Source: Tubulanus polymorphus
Lineage: Eukaryota; Animalia; Nemertea
NCBI RefSeq assembly: GCF_964204645.1
Contig: NC_134033.1
Span: 11,416,655 to 11,480,654, forward strand
Direction of reading: 5' to 3'
Length of the DNA: 64,000 bases
How positions within the stretch are numbered: the first letter of the stretch is position 1; the number at the start of each line of letters is the position of its first letter. The position numbers and the translations under genes were made by a program. The notes beneath the pieces were generated by a model. That model was not told the DNA's origin. It worked only from the letters and a program-made list of their open reading frames with translations, and did no database searches. Shown here piece after piece: positions 10,787 through 24,155 of the stretch.

Positions 10787-13700
10787 ATGGCATCAATGAT
10801 ATCGCATTTAGACAGTTCACTGATTGAAGCCGCAGTCGAATGTCACGGGCTCGAGTTATTAGAATTAATACACCGAGAACAATCATGTTCATCCGCGTTA
10901 CCCAGTCTGATGGGTACCGGAATTACTTCACTGTTTGGCGGAAAGTAAGTACTTATAAGAAATAGGGCTACAGTTATCTAAAAGAACTCCGGAGTAATCT
11001 TCACTGCGGGGAAATCTGACTTTTCTCGGAAATGCGTGAAAAATCATGGTTCAGTTGCTCAAACTTAGCAGGTTTACTATTCCTGCATAATATTTTTGTT
11101 CATCACTTTGAAAACTTACTTCACAGTCCTTATCATCTGCCTGGTATTTCGTCCTTATTTAGCTAGTATGAGAAAACCTTTTCTTAAAATGTAAGTTTAA
11201 CTGATCATTTGTGACATGGTGTTTTGATTTAAACAATTCATAGGGAAGAGGATCAACGTAAGAAATTTCAGCAGTTTATCGCGCGTAAAGCCGACATGTT
11301 GTTTCATCCGTCTCAGTTGGAACAGCCTTCTCCAGCTCTGCCGATATCGGATTTGGACGAAAAAGGTAATATCGCCATTTACAATGAATTATTCTGTCAA
11401 ACGAGTAGTTCGACTATTTCTGAGTGACTGTTTTTTATTGTTGATCTGTATTGAAGTTACAAATACGTCACGAATATTCAGTTAACCTTTAAACATCAAT
11501 GGTAACTCCTATTGATACAAGCACCTGAAATATCAGTCATGTTTTGATATCGATTGAAGAATGTTCGTTGTTCAATGCGACTGAATTGTGAATGTTTTTG
11601 TTTTATGATTAATTCTAGAACTATACGTTGTGTTGCCACCATTGGAAAGTTTTATGGATTTAAGCGCTGCCGATCGGAAGAACCACTTCATGAAGGTACA
11701 TATGTTTGTTTACTATCTTATACCCTTGTGATGCTGGTTTCAGAATATAGTAGACTGACTCTGTTTACCCAGGATTTGAAATGCTTCAGATTATCGTGTG
11801 CTCCGCCTGATAATATATTACAAATTTCTCGCTCCAATAGATCATGATAATGACTGCTCCCTGCCCCATGATTGGTCCTGAAACATCCAAGGCAAGCGGG
11901 AGTTAACTGCACAGGCTAGCTATAATCAATTAACAGTTTGCTTCAAACTTTTCAGTCTAGAAAATGCTTGACAAATGCTCACTTTTGCCAGAGCTTGCTG
12001 CCACCCTCAGGCAGTATCTGATATTATTGTCTTGTATGTTTTATTTCCAGAGTATTCGAAAAGGCGACATTCTAATCGGAAGCGTTTTGTCGGTGCAAGA
12101 CAGCGGACTGACGATACAAGTGTTATGTATGGACGCTGGTAAAGCGAGATATCTCGACCAAACACGAATAGTGGTATGTCAGGAATTAGGCAAATCACAT
12201 CTCTTGATGAGCCGGATGCCTGTAGACGCTAACCTTATTCATGTTGTTTTTCAGGGATTTTGTCCGGTGCGCGAGCTGCCGAAGTATTACGCGCACGAAG
12301 ATCCGCTCGATTTGATCAAGATCAAAGATAAAGTGAGAGTTATCGTCATCGGCGTAGCAGACGGACGCCTGACGTTCTCGATGCATCCGCACGCCCTCGC
12401 CGAAACTCAACGTACCTTCAAACTGGTAAATATATCGATGAAATTTCTTTTCTGCGCTGTTCATTGAAGAATAATTTGGAGGTTAGAAAATTTCCATTTT
12501 CTTTTTGAATATATGATCTGGTCGATAAACTGCCCAAATGTGAAATCATCGACGTTATTTTGAGTTTTCATACATAATGCTAGAATATCTACGCACACAC
12601 GGATCCTGCTTACAGTTATGCAGATAATCTTGAACCAAATTTAGTGTGCGATACATTTAGATTAATTATCATATAATTCAACATACATTTATAAAGGCAT
12701 GTAGTTGAACCATAGATATCATCCTGATCAAATCAAAATCGCGATCTGGATTAAGCAATGTTGATTGTATAAGTATTTTTACTATTTTTCAGGGAGTATT
12801 CGATGATAACGAAGAAATGCCTTTGCATTATCGGTAAGATATTAGATACATTTTACTTGTCTATAGCCATATAAACAGATATTTTCAAGCACTGGCTGGA
12901 CCCCAGTAGTAATCTAATGACATGGCTGCTATATCTGAAAAATATCTTTTCACCGTATTCCGATTTGCCTAGATCTGCCCCTGTAGATGTTCTTAACAAA
13001 GAGTAGTTTCAATTTGGATTTGTATTTGCAATGCTAGATTTATTTTACCGGTCCGAACTTCGACAGCCTGCTCTAAAGGCTCTTGTTCGTTTTCCCAAAT
13101 TGTCTAGAACTTCCCGATTTTCTCGATGAAGTCTCAACATTCACGGACCTCACATGATTCTCAATTCTGAAACGTATTTAGGCATCATTTATTTAAATGT
13201 ACGCATAAAATTTGAATTTTTCAACCCCCCTTCCCCCTCTGTACGCAAAATCGGCCATTTTCTCATATACATTAAGCATTACAGTACGCAATTGCACTGA
13301 CCCCTCCCCTAATGCGTACGTAATAAATGAATGACTCCTTACGATGTTGTTGTTCAGGTTAAGCGAGTCGGTGATCGGAAAATCTTACAGTCGAATGCTG
13401 GAGACGACTTCGTCGTTCAACAACCAGAACAACGTCGCGTATTTAGGAAATTTTTTCCGCCTCGACGAAAGCGCGCCGCCGTCGTTGATGAGAGGACTGC
13501 GACGGTTAGAAATACCGAAGCACGAATACGCCGACTCGTTGCAGAAAACGCAGTCGTACAAGTTTTCGTTGAGAAGCGTCGCGGATGGCGTGCGAGAATT
13601 CAAGGCGGGAAACTGCACTGAGGCGATACAACACTTGAACAAGGCTTTGAAAATCGACCCGCAAAATGTTGAGGCTCTCGTCGCGAAAGGTGCCCTGTAA

Positions 13701-16700
13701 GTAGAGAAATCCAGATCTGACTAAAATTTCTATTTGAGAGTAGTTTTTTCATTTTAGAGCTTACTCTATGATCCTGGGTCCTGTTGTTCAAAAGTTTGCT
13801 TAGATTTAAACAAGTAATAGTTGACATAATGACAATTAAAAGTGCATTGTTACTATGATACTCTCCCCTGGTGGTAGTTGAGTTCCTTGGTCGAAGGAAA
13901 AATCTTCCTCTAATCCGCGCGAATGAGTGGTTGCTGGTTTGGGATGAAGAAGAAACTCTACTCAAATCTGTTTATTATTTCTCTTAGTTTCGCCAATAAC
14001 GAGAGCTACCTGAAAGCGATAGAAGATTTTGAGAAGGCGCTCGAACTGAATCCTCACCATGTGAACGCTCGAAAGTATATCTGCCAAACGCTGGTCGCGT
14101 ATGGAAGAAGGTGAGAGAATCTCTCGTGTAGTCTTTGTGTTTCCATTTCATGTTTCACATGGAACAGCTCTTCAGGAACCGAATGATTGAATCATTAACC
14201 CAAAGATCAATTTCAGCATACAAAGGGAGAAATGTGGCTTAGCCATGTTCTAGTTGAAGGTTGTTTTAAAATTGGATTGGATTTTAATTGAAATGTAGAA
14301 AGAATTCTGAAAGATGTTTCTGTGAGTGTTTTTTTCTGGAGCATTCACTGTAGAGAGGTTTCACTATTCCTCGCTTGCCTCAATGGCGGTGCCAGTATCC
14401 CTTCGAATTGAGTTAAGTTTAAGTCTTTGTTTTGATTGAATTGTAGCTTACAAGAAATGAAAAACTACAAAGATGCGATGGCTTTTTACCGACGAGCTCT
14501 GGTTATTAATAAGGAATTCGACGAAGCGAAAGAATGCATCGACGAATTGGAACAAACCAAGAATAACGAGGTATGATTTGAATATCAAGCCATTGATTTG
14601 GGCACATCCATTTAGTCTGTCATGTAAACACCTTATTTTTCACGAGTAGTAAACATTCGACCTTACCCGGAGCTGCCAAGATTGATTTGGCTTATTCTTT
14701 TCAAAAACCAGGGCCCGGTTTCATAGAGTGAGTATCAAAGTTATCCCTAGGGGTAAATCCTCAATCTGGGTGACAACCACCATAGTAACAATGAGAAACC
14801 ATGGTTATAACTGACAGATTTCAAAATGTTCCCAGGGACTATCTTTCTTCCACCTCTATGAAACTCAGCCCATCAACCTTGGATTGGCGAGCGACCAGTG
14901 GCCTGTTTGTATGAAAACTTCTCTGCCATTGTACACCTGTCAATGAGACCGCTCCTGTCCAGCATCGGTCTTTAATGAATTTAATTGGTCTCCTCTTGAG
15001 AGTTGTCTCTTCTGTGAATGGCGGATATTGATTAAATGGCCGAATTCAATCGAGCCATTCTCAAAGCTAAAGAATCTAGAATATTGTCCCAAATAAGATA
15101 ATTGTGATCATTTTATACTAGATATAACAAACTTTTGGTTATAACCAACAGACTTTCTGGTTCAGCGAAGTTCATTGTCATGAAGTTCCACTGTATTTAC
15201 TATGTAGATGATATATGTAATGTTGGCAAATTAAGAATTGGAATGAGAATGGAATAGGCAGAAATAATTAACGAGGTAATTTCTTTTGTACGGTACTTCC
15301 TAACTTCTGTTCTTATTCGCGCAGGATTCAAGTCCGGATAATGAACCGTCGTCATTTAGAAATCAATCTCCACCGCCCCCTCCTGCCGAGACACATCAGC
15401 CTACGGACGCGAAGACACCTGCCGGTGCCGGGCAACGCGATAAAACCGGGCTGGATAAAACAGCAGAGAAGTTGAAACGATTGATCGAAGAAGATAAAGT
15501 ACACAGGTACGACGTAATTATCAGTTGATGTTTTGAAGACATAAAGTTTATCAGCGAGTACAGTAGAACCCGCCTAACCCTTTCAGTGCGTCTTCACTGC
15601 AGTGCGGGGTATGAATCGGTGATGGATTTTGCTAGTACACCGCACTGCGGTGTATTGGTGTAATTAGTAATTAGTTTTTATCTCTATTGAAAGATGGCAG
15701 CACCTGTCAAACACAGTGAAATATTAGTAACTAACGATACACTGCGCCGCGGTGTAGACGCTTAATAGTGGTATTCCCGTTATTCAACACACTAGGGTGG
15801 AATTTTTTAAAATTTTCAAATTGTCCTCAGCACTATACGGTATTAATTAGTCAGCACTGAAAGGGGTTAATTCAATTGAATCCATCGATGTTACACGCTG
15901 TCCATGTTGGAAGATAGTGTAGAGTCCCATATTAAGAATAAGAGACATAGATCTCTATCGTAATCCCTACCGAGGACAAACTTTTATAAATCTTACAACT
16001 AAAATTCACGTCACGATGACCGTTTGCCTTGGAATTGGCTTGCCTTCAAGAGCAATTATACTGGCCACGTAAGATCTGAATTCAAACAGAGCGATCTTAT
16101 TGGGTTTTTAGCAATGTCTGAAAAGGATAGATCCTGTTTGATGCCTATTTTTCCAGTCACATCATGCAACTCATGTCAAAGGTTATTGTCATCTCACTGG
16201 ATCCGCCCCTAACCCTGCGAGTTAGCCGAGTGAGGATTTGTTTACTGAGCATTTCAAATTATTTGTCTTTCAGACGGAAGAAAAAACGCGGTGGCAGCGA
16301 ATCGGATGATGGAAATCTGTCTCCTAAACGGCGTAAAGCCCACGATACGTCATGGGAGACATCGCCCAATCATAAATCTTATCCGAAGTCCGGCGACTCT
16401 TCGACGCCGGAAAACGAAAACAGATCGAAGAAGTCGAAGCGTCGGAATCAGGAGTTTTGGGACGGGCGCGGCAGCTCGCGATACGACGGCGGCGGCATTC
16501 CGGGAGTCGGAGACGAACGAGAATCGTCAAAACCGACCGATCGGAGAACGTCGCGATCGCCGTCGGCCGGCGAGAAGAAACGTCTGTCGGATAAATACGC
16601 GAAGATCGAAGAATACAAAGAGAAGCATTGTTACAAGGGACGAAAGAAAGAATCGACGTACGAATATAAATTCTACGAGAAAGAATACAAAGAGGAAGAA

Positions 16701-19700
16701 CGCGAGCGATCGCAACAACAACAACAAGCGAACCCCGATCCGTCGTCGTCGTGGCGACGAACTGATAAAAACCCGACCGACGACATCGATGATTTAGAGA
16801 AACATCTCTATGGTAGTTCGGAAGGTGGCGCCGGTGGTGATAAGCTGCCGAAAGACGAAGATCGGTTTCCTTCGAATATCCAACAACAACACGATACGAT
16901 GAAAGACAAATGTGAAAAAAGCCAGACCTTCGATCCTAATTTGTATCACAGTCGAAACTTCAGCGGCGAGTATCCCTATGCGTATCCGGGACAGGCGTAT
17001 ATGAGCTGTTGGCCGAATTATCCCAGCAATGAGCAAAGTCAAGCGTTTGACGTCGCTCGACAACGAGCGTCGCAAAATTCAGAGCTGCCGCCGAAGTACG
17101 CTGTTAAAGCTGAACCCGGTGTCTCAATACAGGCAGAGAAAACATCGGAGAAGCGGTCAACGACCGGTCGAGCGTTGTCCGACAAATCTAGGCAACGGAG
17201 AAGATCGTCGAGTAGTTCGAGTTCATCATCGTCTTCGTCAGGTTCGTCGTCGTACTCCAGTTCTTCTAGCCGAAGTTCGAGGTCGCCGACGCCCCGTCGC
17301 AGCTCGAGCAGCAAACGAGATCGAAGCGATCGCGCGAATTCTGCGACGACGGTGCCTAAAATTGAGAACATTCAGCAGATTCCGACAATAGGCACCGGAA
17401 CTAGTCAAATGAGGGACGACGTTCAGGCGTACTGGATGTCGAGTTTCGCGCAAGAGAGCAGTTCGCATGCAGCTATGGCAGCCGATAGTTCGCAGTTGCA
17501 TTGGCAATCGAACGAATATGATTCTAGGGGTTTATATTTGTCGAATGTAGCTATTGATGATTCGAGCAAACAGGAGCTGTTTAACCCGGAGCTGTCTCAG
17601 AAAATGGAAACCGATCACGACGTCGGTCTCGGAGATGTATCGAGGAAAAGGATTCGAGGCGAGACCGCGGCATCTCAAAAAGGTCAATTTACCGTAAAAC
17701 AGGAAAACGAAGAGAAATTAAGTAGATTCGTCGTCAAAAAAGAAAAAGAAGATGATCGCGGCCGCGCTGGGTGGAGGGAAGTCGACATTAAATTAGAAAA
17801 ACAAGATCCAGGTTACGATAAAAACGAGACGAAGTTTAGTACAAAGACAATAAAGAGGGAAGAAGACGAGGGAAGTAGTCGAGAGACGAGTCGTCGGTCC
17901 GATCATTCGAGACGAGTTCGCAAATCGAAATCTCGTTCGTCATCGAGAGATTCGCGGTCACCTTTCCAAACAACGCGACGTCGTCAGATGAAGCATCGCA
18001 TTTCAACGAGATCAGCTTCGCCTTCGAGAACGGCGTCGAGGTCTCCGGTACATAAATCGCCGTCGCCTCATAGTCGTGTGCGTTCGAGTTCTCCAGAGGA
18101 GGAAAGGAAAATTTCGATCGGACGCAAACCGGATGACGAAGAAACGCGCAAAGTATCGGCGGCACCGTTGAAATCGACGCTCGAACTCAAACGCGATTGT
18201 AGTTTGGAACGAGAGATCGGTTTTCGCGAGGAGTACCGACGGCAACAGTTCGGTAAAATCCAAATTTCAGTCGGAGCCGACGGAGAAAAACGCTTCACCG
18301 GAGTTAAGCAAGATGGCGGCGATTCAAGGGAAAAGAGTCAGTCGGTAAAGGGTGATTGTATATACGATGAGGATGAGCTCAATGAACCGGAAATACGTCG
18401 AGTAAACGTAAAACCTCTGGCGGAACAAAGAGGATCGACTGAAGTGAAAACCATGGAGCTAAGGAAGAAGGAAAGCGAGAAGCCGAGCGCGGAGAAAATG
18501 AAACCTAGTCAAACGGGCATGCTGCCACGCACCATTAAGATTAAACCTATTTCAGATGGCAGTCGGTTCGCACCGTTGACGGACCCTCCGACGTCACTCG
18601 TTGAGAAAAAGCCTTTAAAAGAGATGTTCAAGCGTCGATCGAGGAGTAAATCTCTAACGCCTCGTAGAAGTGCATCGTCATCATCATCGTTGTCGTCATC
18701 TTCTTCGCAATCGCGATCATCGCGGAGTAAGAGCAGAGGTCGAGGGAGAAACTCCAGAAGTGGAAGTAGACATAGACGGCGCTCTCGGAGTAAATTCCGA
18801 CGCAGAAGTCGCTCCGGAAGCAGAAGTAGAGGTAGGAGAGCGTTGCGTAGCCGAAGCAGAAATAGGAGCCGAGGATATTCTTACAGCAGCCGGAGTCGCG
18901 GTCGAAAATATTCTCGAAGTCGTAGTAGAGATAGAAGACGGTACTCGAGAAGCAGGAGTCGAGGACGACGACGTCGACCTTCACGTAGTACTAGTAGAAA
19001 CAGACTGGTCACGCGTAGCATTAAAAAACGAAGCAAGTCTAGAAGTAACAGCAGCGATAAAAGGTAAGTGGACGATGTTTGACTCAATTTTTAGATTCAT
19101 TATATGAAGATTGGAAAGATATCTGGTTTATTCACTCATGCAAAAACTGGTATCAATGTGCAGCCCAGATTAATCACAATTGTAGCGTGAAGTTTGACAA
19201 TCGCTTCATAAAAGTTTAGAAACAATTTTAGAATGTTTTTTTTTGCACCTTGTAGTTGTCCATTTGTTAATTCTGAACACTGTTGATCTCTTGACAATCA
19301 CTGATATAACTGAGATCTGGCTTTTGTAGTCAATTTGTTAGTTCATCTTAAATTGAATATACTTGCGGTAAGGTCCTGAACAGAGGTTTGATGTTTGGAC
19401 GATCAAAAATTGGAAAAACGTTGATTTTTTGATCGCGGTGGGTCTTGGGCCACATTTTTACTGCATCAGAGGCAGGTGTGCATGAGTTACTTCTAATTTC
19501 TAAAACTTTCTGCTCCTTTTGCTTTAGTTCTTCTAGTGAAAAGCCGATAGCGAAGAAATCAGTACCAGTTACTCGGCGGAAGTCTACTGATAAAACACCG
19601 GTGATCCCTGCTATGAAACCAGGCGATGTGGCTAGAACCAAAGAAGAATTTTCAAAGGATGATGATGTTGTTGCATCAAAATCGGCGGCACCCAGCAGTG

Positions 19701-19849
19701 AAATAGTGCAAGAAGAGGATGAATCGAAAAAGCCGACGTTAGACGAACTAGAAAGTTTTCTTAGTGAAATGAAAGCTAAGAAGAAAGTCGAATTGAAGGA
19801 AAAGTTTAAAACACAGTTGAAAACAAAAACCGATTTACCATTGTGGTAG
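10787..19849 (+). CDS. TTC14: Tetratricopeptide repeat protein 14 (S1-like domain, TPRs, long S/R/K-rich tail), about 1523 aa
   Basis: Exons with GT-AG ends: 10787-10944, 11244-11365, 11619-11695, 12051-12173, 12255-12425, 12793-12833, 13358-13696, 13988-14110, 14447-14570, 15325-15506, 16274-19063, 19528-19849 (sum 4572 nt, in frame). Motifs [74 protein letters not shown]. Confidence 0.92.
13179..13341. mobile_element. MITE in a TTC14 intron
   Basis: Imperfect TIR of about 27 bp: TAGGCATCATTTATTTAAATGTACGCA vs TGCGTACGTAATAAATGAATGACTCCTTA. Confidence 0.6.
14711..14871. mobile_element. PIF/Harbinger-like MITE in a TTC14 intron
   Basis: Imperfect TIR GGGCCCGGTTTCATAGAG / CTCTATGAAACTCAGCCC. 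Confidence 0.55.
15578..15866. mobile_element. piggyBac-like MITE in a TTC14 intron
   Basis: CCCTTTCAGTGC...GCACTGAAAGGGG termini, flanked by CTAA and TTAA. A related terminus occurs at about 10579-10595. Confidence 0.65.
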
Positions 19850-20372
19850 TTCGGTAATTGTGGTAGAGGCTGTACTGTGTTCGAGGGTTACAACGGTTTT
19901 AAATACATGTATAACTGACGACATGTAAACAGTGTTATACCACTGAGGTATTTGAAAACACTGTCTTTAGCAGTTAATGAGCATTGTAGTTGAGCATCCT
20001 TGAGAGTGAGCCTTTTATGAATAGATCCCCTGATGCTGACTGAACTAGCCGATTAGGGGGCCCTTAGTAAAGTAAGCACATATCAACATAATGGTCTAAT
20101 ACCTAGTGATTGTTCCCAAACAACCAATTGATCGTCTGGTATTCAGACTAAGTAAATTTATCCATTACAAATTGGGACTCAAAAATAGAGACAAAAGTTC
20201 AGTAATGTGATAACTTGAATCTATTTTGACTAAGTTTGTACATGTATGTGTAATAATGGTAGGGTCATTGCTGTGTTCTAATGCCAGTGCTTTGTCGTCG
20301 TTGTGTTGACTTAATTTCCGCAAATCTTTCAGGCAATATCAAGTGGCTCATTATGAAGCTTGTGTAATGGAT

Positions 20373-20591
20373 TAGGCTAAAAAAATTGATTGTTTCTCCT
20401 TTCTGCATGGCTCAAAAGTTGACCCAGCTGATCGCATATAGCTACGTATCCTGTCCATGTTTTTAAATCATGATCAAGCAAACCATCACACTCCCGGCAG
20501 CTATAGAAATGAACTGATAACGAATTTTATTGCATTTAACAAAAGTGAACCGGCCGATTAGGAGAAACAAGGTATCATTTTTATTTAGCCT
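20373..20591. mobile_element. MITE, copy 2 (same family as 7439-7648), probably in the TTC14 3' UTR
   Basis: Shared blocks such as CCCGGCAGCTATAGAAATGAACTGAT and GGAGAAACAAGG. Confidence 0.65.
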
Positions 20592-22453
20592 TTGTCTCGT
20601 TTTGTTCATGCAACATTGAACTTATTTCAAAAGATTAATGTGCTGTAATGCCATGTTAGTGCTTTAACGACTTTCGTAATGTTAGTGGAAAATAATATTT
20701 TGCTAATCTTTGCATTAATTACTTTAATAGCCTACGTGTGCTTAGAGATGTATTAACATATGCATCATTCCTTTGGATTACTCCAAGCTAAAAGCGAATT
20801 TCGTGATGTACAAAACTGTAAATAAATGAATGAAATTGTAAACAAAGAACTTATTCTTCTTTTGCGGCCACGAGAGGACAAGGTCAGAGATCAAAGGACT
20901 CGTTTTGCATCCAGAAGATCCTTTACATTTGGTACCAAATATATGGCATTCCGTGCTATCGTAGTAGCTCGTGGTGAGGGGGCTTTGACTTAATAGCGCG
21001 ATCTGACCGTTGTTGGCGGTGCCCCGGCCGCCGACCGAAGTGAACATATTACAAGAGTTCGACGATCATGCTCGACTAGACAGGGAGATCGGCGATACTG
21101 AAAACCAAACGATCACGAAGAAAGACTAGTGACGCGAGTGCCGAACGGCTCCGATTTCAAAACAAGGTACATAATATAGTTAAAATTCGATGCGAGAAAG
21201 GATGACTTTTCTCGTCGATATTTTGAATAATCGGTGCCTCTCCCAGTTAGCGGAGCCTCATCAGCCCTTGCTGATTTCAAATATATATAATCAAATATTG
21301 AATGAATTACACCGAGTGCACCGTAACATTCATATTAAAAAACCCGATTATTGTATGAATTTTTTTTTTGGGGGGGGGGGGGAATAAAGATGATTGATAA
21401 ACTTGAGGCGTTTCGCGTATGCAGCCCGACCGGGGCGGCCCGGCGCTGGTACGGTACTGTCTATTTCAACTTTCGACTTCTGAGGGCATTTCAGGCCGGG
21501 TGGCCTAGCTCAATCATTTTTTGTTGTTGTAGATACCTGATATAAGTCTTCAGAAAGGACTGGCAGTTGAACTAAACTTTGTTTTTTTTTAAATCCATTA
21601 TTCTAGCCCCATCTCAGCGGGGCGTTATAATTCATTTAGAAAGTAGGCCAGCCTCTTCAGTAGTCTACCAACTGCGTTCACCATTTGAGGAAATTTACGT
21701 TCATTTCATATAATTAAGTAGGTTGATGTTTTTTGTATTTTGTTACGTAGTAACCGTCGGTAAATGGTAAACAGACTTCGTTGCAACCAAGGGTCAGAAA
21801 ACGACTAGTTTATTTTCATGGCGGCATCATCGCAGCATAGCAGTGGGGATTTAAATTGTTTTAGTTTTCGATCAAGTTTATTCCATATGCCGGGTGTATA
21901 AATGTGACGTCGCGTCAGTGTTTTATCATGCGGTAACTTCGACAATTCGAAATGTTCAGAGATATTTCTATTGATCAATATTCAATGGTACCCGTGTGCC
22001 CGGTCTATATGCTGGATGTACTATAGAGGTGGTCACGATCGCCCGGCGTGTGTAACAGCGGAACGGTCAACAAACTTCAATGTAAACCCTTTCAACGACC
22101 AGAGACAACAGCGCGGCTGCCGATTGGCCAATATTGAAATACGTCACCGGTCGACGGTGGGTAGAATCACTAAGCCGGTTATTCATCTCTTGATCTTCAC
22201 ACTGTGCAGACATGATTTCGAATATCCTGGCGTTCATCATGGCGATCATCCTGGCGATCATCCTTGCGATTACGCTGCGCTCTACTAGCTGGTTCTTTCT
22301 ATATAAAGAACGACGTCTCGATGTTTTATGTGTTACTGTCCGTCCGTGTGCTGTCCTGTACTGTTCTGTGTTTATTAATCCATTCTGTTTTTCAGCGTCT
22401 AATCCGTTATATTTTTCAGGGCCGATTTCTCTGTCGATTTTCAACGTTCTATG

Positions 22454-23277
22454 GAACAAAACTAATGTCCGAAAGCGTCGGCTCCTTCGCTGGTCATGTG
22501 CAGAAGATATCAGAAAAAGAGTCGGTCAGGAACTGTTGCCCTCTACACGCCCTCATACGGAACACGAAAACCAGGACGACAACTGCTTCACGTTCATTAT
22601 CTAACTGCAGAGTGTGCTTGGCGACGTTAATGACGGGCAAATCTGTCGGATGTTCGCGGTGAAAATGGAGTGGTTATACTGGACTGTCACGCCACTAGTA
22701 TTCATTGGTCCTTGTGACCACTCGGATGAGGGATGGAGTCTACTGTCTCGCCTTTGATTTCTGGTATTCATTGAGTCGGGTAAGGGATTGAGTCTACTAT
22801 CTGCCTTTGATTTCTAGTATTCATTGTGTCCTTGTGACCACTCGGACAGGGATTAATTTTCCTGTCTGCCTTTGAGTACTGGTTTTCATTGTGTCCTTGT
22901 GACCACCTCGGATAGGGATGAAGTCTCTTGTCTGGCTTGGGAGTGCTAGGTTTCATTGTGTCCTTGTGACCACCTCGGGCAGGGATGAAATCTCTTGTCA
23001 CGCCTTTGAGTGCTAGTTGAGATCCTGAATCTCAATTCGGGCAATCTGGTTGTACTGCGCTATTTTTGTCTTGAGCAATCGTACAGGTTTGTCAGTTACT
23101 AACGTCGCTCAGTACATCCTGTAGTTAGATCGTGAACGTGAGGCGTTGTCATTCAGGTTTTCGCGTTCTGTGTGAGGGTGTGTAGAGGGCAGCAAATTCC
23201 TGGCTGACTCTTTTTCTGGTATCCTCTGCACATGACCGGCGTCGGGGAGCCGACGCTTTCAGACATTAGTTTTGTTC
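22454..23277. repeat. About 120-bp inverted repeat arms (22454-22574 / 23156-23277) enclosing a 5 x ~65-bp tandem array (22696-23018)
   Basis: GAACAAAACTAATGTCCGAAAGCGTCGGCTCC is complementary to GGAGCCGACGCTTTCAGACATTAGTTTTTGTTC. The unit TTCATTGTGTCCTTGTGACCAC(C)TCGG...GCCTTTGA is repeated. Confidence 0.85.
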
Positions 23278-23844
23278 TGTACCAGGTTTTCATCTCTGTT
23301 CTTTTTTATTTCAGGACTCCCACAGAAGACGACGACGCCCCAAGAGGACAGAAGATGACGACACTGAACTCGGCAATCTTGAGAAAGTAAAGTTGATACG
23401 CATGTAAATTACAATTAATCAAAGGATTGTGTGAGTACAGAATGTCTTTCTTTTAATCATTTCAGGTAAACTAAATCTGAACAGGCCCACCATGATTGAG
23501 AAGATGACGGAGACACCATAGGACTATGAAAAAATGATGCTCGGCAATCTTAAGTTGAAAGTTAAGTTGATACACATGTCAATTACAATTAATCAAAGAA
23601 TTGTATGACTACATACAGAATGTCTTTCTTTTACTCATTCCAGGTAAACTTAATCTGAACAGGCCCACCATGATTAAGAAGATGACTGACCATAGGACGA
23701 TGATAAAAGGATATTAAGAAAGTGTCATTCTTTTATTCATTTCAGCTAAACATGAACCTGGAAAGGCCCAGCATGAGATACACAGAAATTGGTGAGCCAT
23801 CAGCAGCGAATTATCGCCCAACGATGGATTTCTACTATCACTGA

Positions 23845-24155
23845 TTGAGGAGCAGCAGTAGCGGATCTTATAAACACTCGAGGAGCAGCATGGACAATAG
23901 CGCATCTTAAAAACACTGATCCAGGAGCAGCAGAGACAATAATGAATCTTATAAACACTGATTCCGGAGGAGCAAATATATTAGTTCATCTTATAAACAC
24001 TGACTCAGGAGCAGCTAGTACATCTTCTAAACACTTGAGGTGCAGCTAGTGAATCGTATAAACCCTTGATGAGCAGCTAGTGAATTGTATAAACACCGAC
24101 TCAGGAGCAGCTAGTGCATCTTATAAACACTAAGGAGCAACAGAGACAATAGTGG
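23845..24155. repeat. Degenerate minisatellite, about 9 units of 30-45 bp
   Basis: Recurring AGGAGCAGC...ATCTTATAAACACT. Confidence 0.85.

Noticed and set aside
16291-19107. Many overlapping alternative-frame and antisense ORFs in the TTC14 large exon
   Set aside because: These are shadow ORFs of low-complexity, GC-richer coding sequence.
22212-22604. 130-aa hydrophobic ORF MISNILAFIMAIILAIILAI
   Set aside because: The hydrophobic start derives from a 12-bp tandem repeat and the ORF runs into the inverted-repeat arm. No family signature.
22696-24155. Tandem arrays as CRISPR-like repeat-spacer arrays
   Set aside because: Units are degenerate along their whole length with no unique spacers. 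There are no cas genes and the context is eukaryotic.
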